Of a DNA stretch of 64,000 bases, positions 8,614 through 21,400 are shown in pieces. Source of the DNA: an uncultured archaeon (lineage in GTDB: Archaea > Aenigmatarchaeota > Aenigmatarchaeia > QMZP01 > JACQNV01); the NCBI GenBank assembly GCA_964410585.1, contig CAYPFW010000001.1, positions 210,853 to 274,852 of the forward strand, given 5' to 3'. Both the position numbers and the translations under genes were made by a program. Within the stretch, counting starts at the first letter, position 1. Each line of letters begins with the position of its first letter. Under the pieces are notes generated by a model that was not told the origin of the DNA, did not search any database, and was given only the letters and a program-made list of their open reading frames with translations.

Positions 8614-10623
8614 TCAAACCTTCTGCACATGTCCAGGACTTGGCTCGAAAAGCATGCCCTCCCTTTTCAGTTTGTCAATCAATTCATCAATAGATTCTAT
8701 GCCTTCTTTTTTTGCAGCTGTTTCTATATCTGAAATTGAAATCTCCTTTCTTATTTTTGACAAATCATTAATTATGTCCAAAACAATTCTAATGTTTGAT
8801 CTCTCAGATGATGTAGTCATTCCTTCACTTCTATCAACATCTATCATTCCAGTTGAAGGATCCATTCCCAACTCTTTCAACGAAAATTTCATCAATCGAA
8901 TAGCCCTCTGAGCATCCACTTTTCTCACTTCAGGTGAAAGCTGGACTTTTGCAGATGCCTCTGACAACCTGATCAAAGCCTCGAATTGCCTCAAGGTAAT
9001 AGGTATTGGTGCACTTCCGCCTTCTGCCTGTTTTCTTGTTTCAATGTAGAACTTTTTCAGCATCTTTGAAGCTTCTGTTGTCAAAGTAGGTTTGCAATGT
9101 TCTTTTGCGTAAGCAATATATTTTCTGATAAAATCTCTTTCAAAAAAAGGCTTTGCTCCTTCATAGTCTTCTTCTCTTGAAGAAACAATATGATCTATGA
9201 CTCTTTTGTCTTGCTCTGAATTTGGAACGTCTTTCAAAATAAATTTCAAATCAAACCTCGAGAGAAGTGTATCAGGTATAGTGATTTGTTTTGAAATAGG
9301 AAGATAAGGATCGAACCTAGAAAACTTTGGGTTTCCACCAGCTAAAACAGATGTCTGTGCAGGGAGTGTGGCCACTATAGATGCTTTTGCAATTGAAACA
9401 GAACCTTGCTCCAAAGCTTCGTGCATTGCAACTTGGTCTTCTTGTGCCATTTTTTCAAACTCGTCAACTGAAAGCAAACCCTTGTGAGCCAAAACCATTG
9501 CACCTGCTTCCAAAACCCAACCGCCCATGAACTGCTCATCTTTTGTGACAGTTGCAGTCAAACCTGCTGTCGATGTTCCCTTTCCAGAAACATATTTTCC
9601 TCTTGGAACAATTTGGGGAACAAGCTTCATCAATTGCGATTTTCCTGCAGCGGGATCTCCAACTAAAAGGACATGTATTTCTCCTCTCAGCCTAGTGCCG
9701 TCTTTTAGTTTTTGTGGCACACCACTAAACATTTGGAGAATAATAGATTCTTTTATCTCTTCCATCCCATACAAAGTTGGAGCAAGAGAAGCAACTAATT
9801 TTTTATAAACACTTTCATCCTTTGAAATTCTTTTTATTTCTTCCTCATCCTCTTTGCTGATTTCAATTCCCTGCCAACCAATTTCAGTTGGCTCAACATA
9901 ATTTGCATCCAAGTAAAAATCCAATTTCGCAGAATACATTTTCAATTTTGGAATATCTTTCAAAACACCTGTTATTTTTAGCCTGTTTCCTGGATCTGTT
10001 ATCCTTCTTCCTGTTTGATTGACCAAATCGCCTGTGAGCAAAATAGTAACTTGAGATGGCTTTTCGCCCTCTGTCAATTCAAACGGCTCTTCTATGACAA
10101 TCCATCTTGTGTCAACCATTTTTTTCTCTGCCTGTTTGAACCCTCTCTTGTTTCCACAATCACACCATCTTGGAGGAAAAACAAAACCGCCTTTTCTTTC
10201 TTCTGTTAAAATTGTCCCACATTCAGGGCATTCCCACAAAGTCTCCAGAATTTCAGGTCTTATTTCAGATGCTTTTCTGACTGTGCCTTCAACAGAAATA
10301 AATTTATCCAAATGAGCAGACCTCAAATCTCTGATGTTGACGGAGGATGCTAAATTTCTAACTCTTAGTTTTACTTTTGATTGAAGCTCGATCAAACCAA
10401 TTGACCTCTCAGCTATTTCAAAAAAATCATTCGGCTTGTTTAGCAAAACTTCTGCTAATTCTGCATTGTATTCATCTAAATCTTTGAAATCAATGGCCAG
10501 AATTTCACCTTTATTTGAAGCATCAACAAGCTGTTTATAATAAATTTTTCTTAGAAAACCCTCGAATTCTACAACTAGCCTTTGATCCACTTCTTTTATT
10601 TCTGCTTCTTTTGCCTCAACCAT
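8614..10623 (-). CDS. mcm: MCM replicative helicase.
   Basis: Walker A is GDPAAGKS, and Walker B and the arginine finger (SRFD) are present. A Zn finger CPECG...CDCG and a PS1 hairpin region are also present. Length is 669 aa. Confidence 0.95.
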   Translation of the reverse strand: MVEAKEAEIKEVDQRLVVEFEGFLRKIYYKQLVDASNKGEILAIDFKDLDEYNAELAEVLLNKPNDFFEIAERSIGLIELQSKVKLRVRNLASSVNIRDLRSAHLDKFISVEGTVRKASEIRPEILETLWECPECGTILTEERKGGFVFPPRWCDCGNKRGFKQAEKKMVDTRWIVIEEPFELTEGEKPSQVTILLTGDLVNQTGRRITDPGNRLKITGVLKDIPKLKMYSAKLDFYLDANYVEPTEIGWQGIEISKEDEEEIKRISKDESVYKKLVASLAPTLYGMEEIKESIILQMFSGVPQKLKDGTRLRGEIHVLLVGDPAAGKSQLMKLVPQIVPRGKYVSGKGTSTAGLTATVTKDEQFMGGWVLEAGAMVLAHKGLLSVDEFEKMAQEDQVAMHEALEQGSVSIAKASIVATLPAQTSVLAGGNPKFSRFDPYLPISKQITIPDTLLSRFDLKFILKDVPNSEQDKRVIDHIVSSREEDYEGAKPFFERDFIRKYIAYAKEHCKPTLTTEASKMLKKFYIETRKQAEGGSAPIPITLRQFEALIRLSEASAKVQLSPEVRKVDAQRAIRLMKFSLKELGMDPSTGMIDVDRSEGMTTSSERSNIRIVLDIINDLSKIRKEISISDIETAAKKEGIESIDELIDKLKREGMLFEPSPGHVQKV

Positions 10624-10655
10624 AAACCTTTTTGAAAAAAGGTTTAATCCAAAAA

Positions 10656-10704
10656 GGAGCCTATTTTTGCTTCACTGCTGTTCGCAAAAATTTACGGCTT
10701 CCAC
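10656..10704. repeat. Palindromic intergenic repeat, full copy, degenerate (GGAGCCTATTTTTG-spacer-AAAAATTTACGGCTTCCAC).
   Basis: Alignment with the other copies. Confidence 0.6.
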
Positions 10705-10791
10705 TAGATTACACCTTTGTTTCCCCCAGAAAAAATAAAATAGTGTTTATCAATTGGTTCTGGTTAATAAATACTTTGGTAGACAAAGAAA

Positions 10792-11511
10792 TTAATCCTT
10801 AGCAGGTTTAACATCTATTCCAATCTCTTCTAATTTTTCCTTGAACTTTTTCAAAGCTCTGTGTATGTCTTCGATGCTGTGCGCACCTGTACAAATTATT
10901 TTTCCAGAACTAAACAATAGGAAAGCTACTCTAGGTTCAGAAATTCTGTAAACTAAACCTGGAAATTGTTCTGGCTCGTATTCTGCATTTTCAAGCATGA
11001 AGGCTATTTCTTCCAAATTTATTTTTGCATCTATCTTGCTTGAAGCGACAATATTTTCAATTATTATATCGAATTTTTTTGGAGTTTTTATCCCAACTTC
11101 GCTTATTTTTTCAGCGACTTTTTGCATTGCTGCTTTTGAATTCTCTATACTTTTTGCGCCTGTGCATACGATTTTCCCAGATGAGAATATCAAAGCTGCA
11201 GCCCTTGGGTTTTGTGGCCTGTAAACTAAACCAGGAAACTGTTCTGGCTCGTATTCTGTGTTTTCTATCTCTTCGACGAGTTTTTCTAATGCTATTGTTA
11301 TTCCTAAAGAAGCAAACGAAACAACATTTTCAACATTAATTGTGAATTCGCTCAACCTTTTTCCGCTAGCTGAAAAATTAGAATCTGTTTGTATTGGTTT
11401 TGAATCTGACTTTGTCTCAACTTGAGGCTTGCTGACTTCTTTTTTAGCAACCTTTGCTGGCTTAGCCGATTTCTTAGCAGGCTTAGAAACTTTCTTAGAT
11501 TTTTTGACCAT
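10792..11511 (-). CDS. tbp: TATA-box binding protein with a Lys/Ala/Pro-rich N-terminal extension of about 55 aa.
   Basis: Two direct repeats each contain EYEPEQFPGLVYR...SSGKI(V/I)CTGA, and the N-terminus reads MVKKSKKVSKPAKKSAKPAKVAKK... Confidence 0.9.
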   Translation of the reverse strand: MVKKSKKVSKPAKKSAKPAKVAKKEVSKPQVETKSDSKPIQTDSNFSASGKRLSEFTINVENVVSFASLGITIALEKLVEEIENTEYEPEQFPGLVYRPQNPRAAALIFSSGKIVCTGAKSIENSKAAMQKVAEKISEVGIKTPKKFDIIIENIVASSKIDAKINLEEIAFMLENAEYEPEQFPGLVYRISEPRVAFLLFSSGKIICTGAHSIEDIHRALKKFKEKLEEIGIDVKPAKD

Positions 11512-11724
11512 TGATATCCCCCCATTAACGAAAAGGACTTATGTTATAAGCCCCAACTGGACGAAAAGCGACTATAATATAATCGTTTGCCCCTGACTGA
11601 TAACTGTTTTGAAAGCTAGACTAATAGAATAGTTTATATAATTAATGGAGGAGGTATTTAAATACTATATAAATAGCCAAAATGACCCGATCAGCATTAT
11701 TAATAGCTAAAACCAAATAATCGT

Positions 11725-11898
11725 ATGACAGGCGAACCATCTTTCACATTCAGAGGAAAGAAAGAGACACCAATTTGCCTCAACTGCAAAGGCAAGATGA
11801 GGTTTGTTAGTTCACACAAGCCAAAATATAGGGATGAACACGATGTGTACGAGTGCAAAAAGTGCAAGGTCAATTTCTTCGATTTTTGGTCGTATTAA
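11725..11898 (+). CDS. Small 57-aa zinc-ribbon protein (CLNC...CKKC).
   Basis: Hand translation (MTGEPSFTFRGKKETPICLNCKGKMRF...YECKKCKVNFFDFWSY). It lies between tbp and rpoN and is below the ORF-track size cutoff. Confidence 0.3.
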   Translation: MTGEPSFTFRGKKETPICLNCKGKMRFVSSHKPKYRDEHDVYECKKCKVNFFDFWSY

Positions 11899-11926
11899 AT
11901 TTAGAATTTGTAAAAATTTCACTTTT

Positions 11927-11976
11927 GGAAGGCGTAAAAATTTTCCGAGCAAGAGCGAGAGAAAATTTTAGCCCCC
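11927..11976. repeat. Palindromic intergenic repeat, full copy; the homology extends to 11995 (GGTTTATCAAAAACAGG flank).
   Basis: Alignment with the copy at 39311-39369. Confidence 0.7.
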
Positions 11977-12062
11977 TGTTTTTGATAAACCTTTTTAAGA
12001 AATTGTATAATAGTTTCTTTTGGGATACCTTACCACTTTTCTTTTCTAAAGAAAGGGGGGAG

Positions 12063-12263
12063 CTACTTTTGGAATTTCCCAACAGTTTCAACAAGCTCAA
12101 CGTGTCCTACAAATAGCGATCTGCAGCACAACCTTGTCAAGCCAAATGAATCCAAAACTTTTGCAGGGTCTTCTTTTGCAGCTACTCTTTCCTTAAATTT
12201 GCTGTAATACTGAGAAACAGGCTTGCCACATGTGAAGCATCTTACTGGTATGATCATAGGCAT
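12063..12263 (-). CDS. rpoN: DNA-directed RNA polymerase subunit N (Rpo10/RpoN).
   Basis: MIIPVRCFTCGK...CCR zinc-binding motif; length 66 aa. Confidence 0.8.
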   Translation of the reverse strand: MPMIIPVRCFTCGKPVSQYYSKFKERVAAKEDPAKVLDSFGLTRLCCRSLFVGHVELVETVGKFQK

Positions 12264-12420
12264 ATTTTAGGGTCTTGGGTTTATAAATTTGTTTTGTGCC
12301 AACTTCCAAAATCCATGTTTTCTCCTCTATATACTATATTACATATATCCGAAGACCGAAACATATTTAAAACTTGCTGTTTTTCTACATATGGGTTAAT
12401 AAAGCTTAGTTCAAAGTAAG

Positions 12421-12459
12421 TTGTAAATAGTTGTTATCCATCAGTGACGTTTAATATAA
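12421..12459 (+). promoter_or_regulatory. AT-rich promoter region with TATA-like boxes (TTGTAAATAG, TTTAATATAA) upstream of the giant gene.
   Basis: Sequence inspection only; the transcription start site is unknown. Confidence 0.3.
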
Positions 12460-12471
12460 GTTTTGGCACAT

Positions 12472-15400
12472 ATGTCTCAGAAATCAAACTCAAGTACTAG
12501 AGTTGCCTACATTTTTCTAGCTTTACTAGTATTCGGCCTTATCGCAGGAGCAGTTGCATATCCTGTTCAAATTAATATTTCTTCTAACCAAGCTGGCTTT
12601 ACCACAACAACAATAGTTTGTGGCGACCCTTCTTGTTCTTCATATACAAATTCAAGACAAGACATCCCAACATTAACAAATTCAAATGGCTATTCTATTT
12701 CAGGATCAGGAAAAGTAAACTACATGGAGCTTGACTATAAAGCGTGCTACTTACCACACATGTACAGGCTTCAAATGACAGATGCAACAACAAATGGCCC
12801 ATATTCTGTAACAAGGAATTTCAATCAAAAATCAGATTGTACTTCAACTGTGAATACAGTTCAAGCTTCAAATCCATCACCTTTTGAAAAAACGACAATT
12901 CAAATAAGTACAAATGTCCAAGGTGCTGTTAGTTTCCCAAAAGATGCTAACGGAAATCAATTTGATTTTTCAATGGTCAGTATTCCTAGCGATATAAAAG
13001 ATTTCTATGATACAAAAACAAAAGTTGTTTTAAAGATCAAAGATTCTCAAGGAAGTGTGATATACACTTCACCTGAAAAAGAAGCATATCCTTTAGTGAA
13101 TAAGTCAGAAACTGTTGTTTTTGATTATACACCTCAAATAGACGGACCGTTTACAGCTGAAATAGAGACACAAGTAACAGACTGTATGTGTACTTCTACA
13201 CAACCTATTACAAGTTCACCTGTTTCTTTTTCTGTCCAAGATACAGATCCTGTTGCTAGCTTTTCGTTTGGCACAGTAATCGAAGGACAAGACGCTCAAT
13301 TTACAGACACCTCAACAAGCAACGACGGTTTAACATGGGAATGGAATTTCGGTGACGGAACAGCACTTGATACTAGACAGAATCCTACACACCGATTTTC
13401 AAAAGGCGGAGCTCACCAAGTGACTTTGACTGTAAGAGAAGCAGATGGAGACTCTAATCCAAAAACACAGATAGTAGATGTGCAAAATGTAAATGACAAT
13501 CCTATAATAACTGCTACAATAAACCCAATAACGCTGAATGAAGATTTTGGGACACATGAAGTTGTTGATTTAACAACACTAGAATCAGACGAAGAAGATG
13601 GACCAGCATCTGATGCAAATAATTTGAGGTGGTCAGTTGTCTCTGTTTCAGATCCTTCTCTAATTGATGTTTCAATAGATGTAGGTTCAGAAAAACTTTC
13701 TTTAGTTTCCAAACAAGACAAATTTGGAACAGCTACTGTCACACTTAAACTTTCAGATTCACAAAGCGGAGAGACAACAACATCTTTCAATGTTCAGGTA
13801 AACCAACAAGCAGAGACACAGGGATCGACAACAACAAACACACAAGTATCAGCAGATTCTGTTTTCACAAACTCTCAGGGAACAAACTCAAACATACAGT
13901 CTTCTACAGTGACAGGCTCTACTATCATTGATTCTACTGTCACAAATTCAAACGTCCAAGACTCTTTCATCGACCCATCAACTGTTTCAGGATCAACAAT
14001 AATCAGGTCTAGGATAGTAAACTCTCAAGTTACAAATTCGAACATCACAGACTCCAACATTACAAACATGCAGGTTTCAAATGCGGTTGTTACAAACAAT
14101 GTTTTGCAGTCAGGTACAATTGTTTACAATGGTCAAACATATACAGGATCAATAAGTTTAGCTGAGATCCAAAACACAGCACCTGTTTCAACACAAACAG
14201 TGACACAAATAAGTTGGAACGAAGATTCTTCTGATTCAAGCCTTAATTTGAATACACAATTCTCTGATCCAGAAGGCCAGACACTTTCTTTCTCAAAAAC
14301 AGATCCTTCAAATATTCAAGTTTCAATTTCAGCAAATGGACAAGTGACTTTCACACCAGATACAAATTTCAATGGACAGAGATCAGCTCAATTCACTGCA
14401 ACAGACATATTTGGAAAAACAGTTTCTATTTCAGTTACTTTAAATGTTATTTCACAAAATGATCAACTCTCAATCACAACAACAGCGCCTACAACAGGAA
14501 GCCAAGGACTATTATATACATATGATATAGATGCATCAGATATAGATGGAGACCAACTTACATTTACTTTGCAAGCAGGTGCACCAACTGGAATGACAAT
14601 AAACCCATCAACTGGGCTAATCCAATGGACTCCAACAAACAATCAAGTTGGAAATAATCAAGTGACTGTTCTTGTTTCTGATGGATCAACACCTATCCAA
14701 CAACAATTCACAATATCTGTATCAAATGCAAACGATGCGCCTTCTCTTTCAGCAATTTCAAATCAAAATATAGCAGAAGACTCTACCCTTCAGTTCAATG
14801 TTTCTGCAGATGATCCTGATTTGGTATACGGCGATTCTTTGACATATTCAATAAATGATTCAAGATTCACAATCACAAAAATTTCAAACACTTTAGCTAC
14901 TGTAAGTTTCTCTCCAACAAATTCAGAGGTTGGCACAATATCAGTTTCAGTCACAGTAAAAGACTCTCAGGATTTGACAATCACAAAAACATTTTCAGTT
15001 TTAGTTTCAAATACAAATGATCTTCCTGTGTTGGCAGATGTTTCAAACCAAAATGTATTGGAAGACAGCACACTTCAATTTAATTTGACTGCGTCAGATG
15101 ATGATCTAATACACGGTGATTCTCTTACATATACAGTCAATGATTCTAGATTTACAGTAAATAAAATATCAAACACACTAGCTACTGTTAGCTTCTCTCC
15201 AATAAATTCAGATGTTGGAACTTTCTCTGTTCAAGCAACTGTAACAGATTCTTCAGGACAAACAAGTAAAAAAACTTTCACAGTTACTGTAGTAAATACA
15301 AATGATGCACCAACAGTCACTGTTTTGGAACCAAACGGAGGAGAATTGTGGAATGGAATAAGACAAATAAAATGGACTGCATCTGATGTTGATGTTGGCG

Positions 15401-18400
15401 ACATATTGCTTGTAGACATATTCACAAGTGTTGATGGACAGGTTTTCCAAGTATTAGCAGAAAATGAAACAAATGATGGTGAATTCGATTGGAACACCGA
15501 TCAATCATCAGATTCAACAAATCATAAAGTAAGAATTGAAATAAAAGACGGAACAACAACAGTTTCAGATGATTCAGATTCTGCCTTCAGCTTAGATAAC
15601 TCGGTCCCAAATACAGTTTTCGCTTCGCCTAATGCAGGAAATTATACATCACATCAAAACATAACAGTAACAGCAACAGATCCTAATTTGCAAACAATAA
15701 GCATTTATGTGAATGGTTTACTTGCCAGTTCATCTTCAACATCACCTCTTGTATATTTGCTCACAGACGGTAATCATTCAGTTTATGCAAAAGCAAATGA
15801 CACTTTAGGAAACTCTGTACAAACAGAAACTAGAAACATTTTCATCGACAGTGTCGTGCCTTCTGTATCTTTCATCTCACCGACACCTTCAACAGGATTA
15901 TTTGCAAACCAAAATCAAACAATAAACATCACAGGAACAGATAACAACCTGGCATCTGTTGGTATAACATTTGTTGGAGAAGGTTCAGGAGGATCTGGTG
16001 GAGGTAGTGGAGGAAGTGGGGCTTCTGTTGGTGTCTCTGTGAACCCTGGAGAAACAACAAAAACACTTTCAACTACTCTCAGTGATGGAAATTATACATA
16101 CTTTGGAACAGCAAGAGATATTTTAGAAAACAACGCTCAAACAGAAACAAGGACATTATTTATCGACACAATAAACCCAACAATACAGTTTGAAAACCCA
16201 ACTCCAGCAAATTTGGCGACTACTAATTCAAACCAAATAATAAATGTAAGCGGCTCAGACACAAATTTAGTTTCAATAGAAATATTTGTTGATGGCACCT
16301 TGAAGAACACATGTACATCTAACCTCTGTTCATATTCAATTGATGTTTCTCAACTTTCTGATGGACCTCACACATTCAATGCAACAATAATAGATATTGT
16401 TGGAAGCAAAACATCAACAGAAACAAGGACATTAGTTGTTGATAAAACAGCCCCATCAATACAATTTGTTTCCCCAACACCTTCAGATCTTTCTGGAGTA
16501 TCAGGAACGAAAATAATAAATGTAACAGCTTCTGATCTTAGTGCTTTTAATATAGTTATATACATAGATGGTCAAAACGTGACAACATGCTCATCATCTC
16601 TGTGTTCATTTGAGTGGAACACAACAACTTTTGCTGACGGTTCACATAGCATAAATGCAACATCTTCAGACAACGTTGGAAACCAAAATTCAACAGAAAC
16701 AAGGACATTTACAATTGATAACACTGCTCCATCAATTTCTCTTGTTTCCCCTGCAAATGATACTTTATCAAATAGCCAAACTCAAAACTTCATTTTTGCA
16801 GCAAGCGATGCTATATACACATCAGTAAGTTGTAATTTGTACATAAACAATAACTTAAGTGGTTCGAACTCATCTGTCCAATCAGGTGTAAACACAACAA
16901 TAACAAACACTTCTGTTCCAGAAGGCACAAACACATGGTATGTGCAGTGTGCAGATGCACTTGGAAATACAAACACATCTGAAATGCGGACTTTGAAAAC
17001 AGATTATACAAGCCCTCAAATTTCAAGCCACTCATTTTCTGGTCTCTTCCCTCTTACAGGAGTTAGTGATGGCGGATATTTCTCACCAGCAAACACAGAT
17101 GGACAATTCGATTCAGTATCGCTAACAGTCAATACATCTGAAGAGGTTATTTTCGGCCCTCAGTCTATTCAAATAGTTAATTCATCAGGACAAGTTGTAA
17201 ACTCCTTTGATGGCCCAGGAGAAACTTCAAGATCAATATTAAGAACATGGTTTGGAAATGATAGTGTAGGAAACATACTTCCAGATGGCGAATATACAAT
17301 AAATATCACATTCACAGATTTGGCAGGAAACACAAAAACAGAAATTCTGAAAAATTTGGAAGCTGTAAATGACTTATTTATTATTGATAATACACCCGTG
17401 AATGTTATTCTAGGAAATGACAGAACAGTAAACGAGGGAGCTCTGCAAACATTTGATGGTTCAAATTCAACAGACACAGGCTCTGAAATCAACACCTCAT
17501 CTTTCGTCTGGAACTTCGGCGATAGCCAATCAGCAACAGGACAAACAGCCAACCACACATACTCACAAAATGGAACCTATACAGTGAGATTGAATGTCAC
17601 AGACAATGTTGGAAACACAGGAACAAACACAATTGTTGTCACAGTAAATGATTTAGCTCCTACATCATCTTTCACATTTAGCCCTTCAACAGGAATATTT
17701 GAAAACACAACAACTGTACAGTTCAATTCAACATCAACAGGATATGATACACCTCTGACATATTTCTGGGACTTTGGTGATTTATCAACTTCAACACAGG
17801 AGAACCCAACACACGTTTTTGCAAACAATGGAACATACACAGTAAACTTAACTGTGACAGATGCAGATGGATCGACAAACACAAGTTCGCAGACTTTGAA
17901 TATCTTGGATAACTCGCCAACAGCAAACGCAGGACCAGACCAAACAGTGAATGAAGGCTCTATTGTTTTCTTTGATGGCTCAAACTCAACATCAAGCCCA
18001 GATTCAATATCTTCTTACTTCTGGGACTTTGGAGATGGAACAAATTCAACAGGACAATCAGTTAACCATACTTATGTAAATAATAATACATACACAGTCA
18101 CATTGACTGTCACAGATTCAGATGGAAGTACAAACTCAGATACACTTCAAGTTGCAGTGAATGACTTGGGTCCGACAGCTAACTTTACTTGGTCCCCAGA
18201 ACCGCAGGACGAAGACCTTCCAGTACAATTCAACGACACATCAACATTTGTTGCAGATAATATAGTTTCTTGGTCTTGGAACTTTGGAGACGGTTCTCCA
18301 ATAAACACAACGCAGAATCCAACACACGTTTATGGAAACCAAAACACAACAAGAATATTCCAAGTTACTCTTACAATAATAGATTCAGATGGAAGTATAA

Positions 18401-21400
18401 GCTCAAAATCAAGCAACATAACAATCAATGCAGTGAATGATCCTCCTGTTGTTTCAACAATACCAAGCATAATTTTCAATGAGGACAGTTTCAATGATAG
18501 TTTGGTTCTTTCAAGCTTTGTTTCAGATGTAGACAATTCAGTGAGCGAGATAAATTGGTCAAGTTCACCAACACAAAATTTGACAATTTCAATAGACAAC
18601 ACAACAAAGAGACTTAATGTTTCTGCTGCTCCAAACTGGTTTGGAAATGAAACGATTGTTTTGACGGCAACAGATGGACAGAACCAAACACAGAGCAACA
18701 CAATAACTGTTATTGCAAATTCAGTAAACGACGCCCCTGTTATTTCAACAACTGCACAAACATCTGCAACAGAAGATTCTTTGTATTCATATGATGTAAA
18801 TGCAACAGATGTTGAAAGCGATACACTTTTGTTCACTCTGGAATCGGCGCCTTCTGGAATGACAATTGATTCCTCAACTGGTATAATATCTTGGACTCCA
18901 AACAACACACAAGTTGGTTCAAACAATGTGTCTGTACAAGTATCTGATGGAAATAGTGGAATTGGTGAACAAAATTTCACAATTGTTGTTGCAAACAATG
19001 CACCAATAATTTCAAACCCAGGAACACAATCTGCAACAGAGGATTCTCAGTTTTCAATAGACATAAACAGCACAGATGAAAATGAAGGATTGGTTTTCAG
19101 TTTGATAAGCCCACCATCTGGAATGTCGATAAACTCAACAACAGGATTGATTTCTTGGACACCTACAAATACGCAAGTTGGCACAACAACATTAAATGTT
19201 TCGGTAGATGACGCTCATGGTGGAACAGCAACAACGACATTTGATATAAACGCTGGAAATAATCCAACAACAATCACAACAAATGCAACAACAACAGCAA
19301 CAGAAGATACTTTGTATACATATGATGTCAACTCAACAGATGAAGGTCAAGGAGACTTTTTCAATTTAACAACTTTCCCACAAGGAATGACAATAGACAA
19401 TTCAACTGGATTGATTTCTTGGACACCTCTAAACAATCAAGTTGGTTCAAACAATGTGGAAGTTGAAGTAGACGACGGAAAAGGAGGAAGCGATACACAA
19501 GCCTTCAGTATATCTGTTTCAAACAATCCCCCTTTGATCGCAACAACAGCTCTAACATCATCAACAGAAGATTCTTTGTATGAATATGATGTAAACTCAA
19601 CAGATGAAGGTCAAGGACTTGTGTATAGTTTAACAACTTCTCCATCTGGGATGACAATAAACCAAACAACAGGAATGATAACCTGGACACCAATCAATTC
19701 TCAGGTTGGAATAAATTCAGTCACTGTTCTGGCAAACGACACAAAAAGTGGAACAACAACACAATCCTATTCACTAATTGTTTCAAATAATCCCCCTGTT
19801 TTCACTTCAACGGCGCCTACAACAGCAACAGAAGATTCTGAATATTTGTACGATGCAAATTCAACAGATGAAGGAGATGGAGCGACATTCTCTTTGACAA
19901 CATCACCGGCAGGCATGACAATAAATTCAACAACAGGATTAGTTAATTGGACACCTCTGAACAACCAAGTTGGATCAAATTCAGTTGTCATAAGAGTAAA
20001 TGATGGAAAAGGTGGACAGAAAAGTCAGTCATTCAGTATTTCGGTTTCAAACAATCCGCCAACAATAACAAGTTCAGCTGCTCTAAATGCAACAGAGGAT
20101 TCTTTGTATACATATGATGTCAATTCAACAGATGATGGACAAGGAACAATAACATATAGCTTGGCTTTGAGTCCAAGTGGAATGACAATTGATTCTTCTA
20201 CTGGTTTAATTTCATGGACACCTTTGAATAATCAAGTTGGCACAAACAATGTGTCTGTGCAAGTATCAGACGGCAACAGCGGTGTCGGAGAACAGAACTT
20301 CACAATTACAGTTTCAAACACAAATCCAACAATTTCCTCAACTGCATCGACAACTGCTACTGAAAACATTCAATATACATACGATGTAAACTCAACAGAT
20401 GACGGACAAGGAACAATTTCTTACAGCCTGCTTTCATCTGTTTTTGGTATGTCAATAAACCAGTCAACAGGTCTAATATCTTGGACACCAATTAACACAC
20501 AAGTTGGTCCAAACAATGTTTCGATACAAGTATCTGATGGAAATGGTGGAACAGATACACAAAATTTCACAATTGTAGTTGCAAATTCAAATCCAACAAT
20601 CACATCATCTCCTGTTGTTTCAGTAACAGAAGATTCATTATACACATATGATGTAAACAGTGATGAAGATGGGGAAGGAGCAATAAGTTATCTTTTATTA
20701 CTCTTACCTTCAGGAATGTCAATTAACTCAACAACAGGCGTGATAACATGGACACCGACAAACGAGTATGTTGGTCCAAACAATGTGTCTGTACAAGTAT
20801 CTGATGGAAATGGTGGAGTTGGCGAACAAAATTTCACAATTGTTGTTGCAAACAATCCTCCAATAATTTCAGATCCTGGAATACAATCAGCAACAGAGGA
20901 CTCTCTTTTCACAATTGATATAAATTCAACAGATGAAGGTCAGGGATTGCTGTTCTATTTGGAAAGTGCACCAACTGGAATGACAATAAATGAAACAACT
21001 GGCTCGGTTTCTTGGACACCTCTAAACAATCAAGTTGGTTTGAACACTGTTAATGTGTCTGTAAACGATTGGCAAGGTGGTGTTTCAAGTCTTACATTCG
21101 ACATTAATGTTCTAAACAATGCACCATTGATAACAACAAATGCAACAATTTCTGGAGTAGAAGACTCATTGTATACATATGATGTTAATTCAACAGATGA
21201 GGGACAAGGAGCAACATACAATTTGACAACTTTCCCACAAGGAATGACAATAGACAATTCAACTGGATTGATTTCTTGGACACCTCTAAACAATCAAGTT
21301 GGTTCAAACAATGTGGAAGTTGAAGTAGATGATGGAAACGGTGGAACAAACACACAAACATTTAGCATAAGTGTTTCAAACACAAACGATAATCCTGTTC

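Noticed and set aside
11512-11724. A possible ncRNA in the tbp / small zinc-ribbon divergent intergenic region.
   Set aside because: It shows only TATA-like and ribosome-binding-site elements, with no convincing conserved structure.
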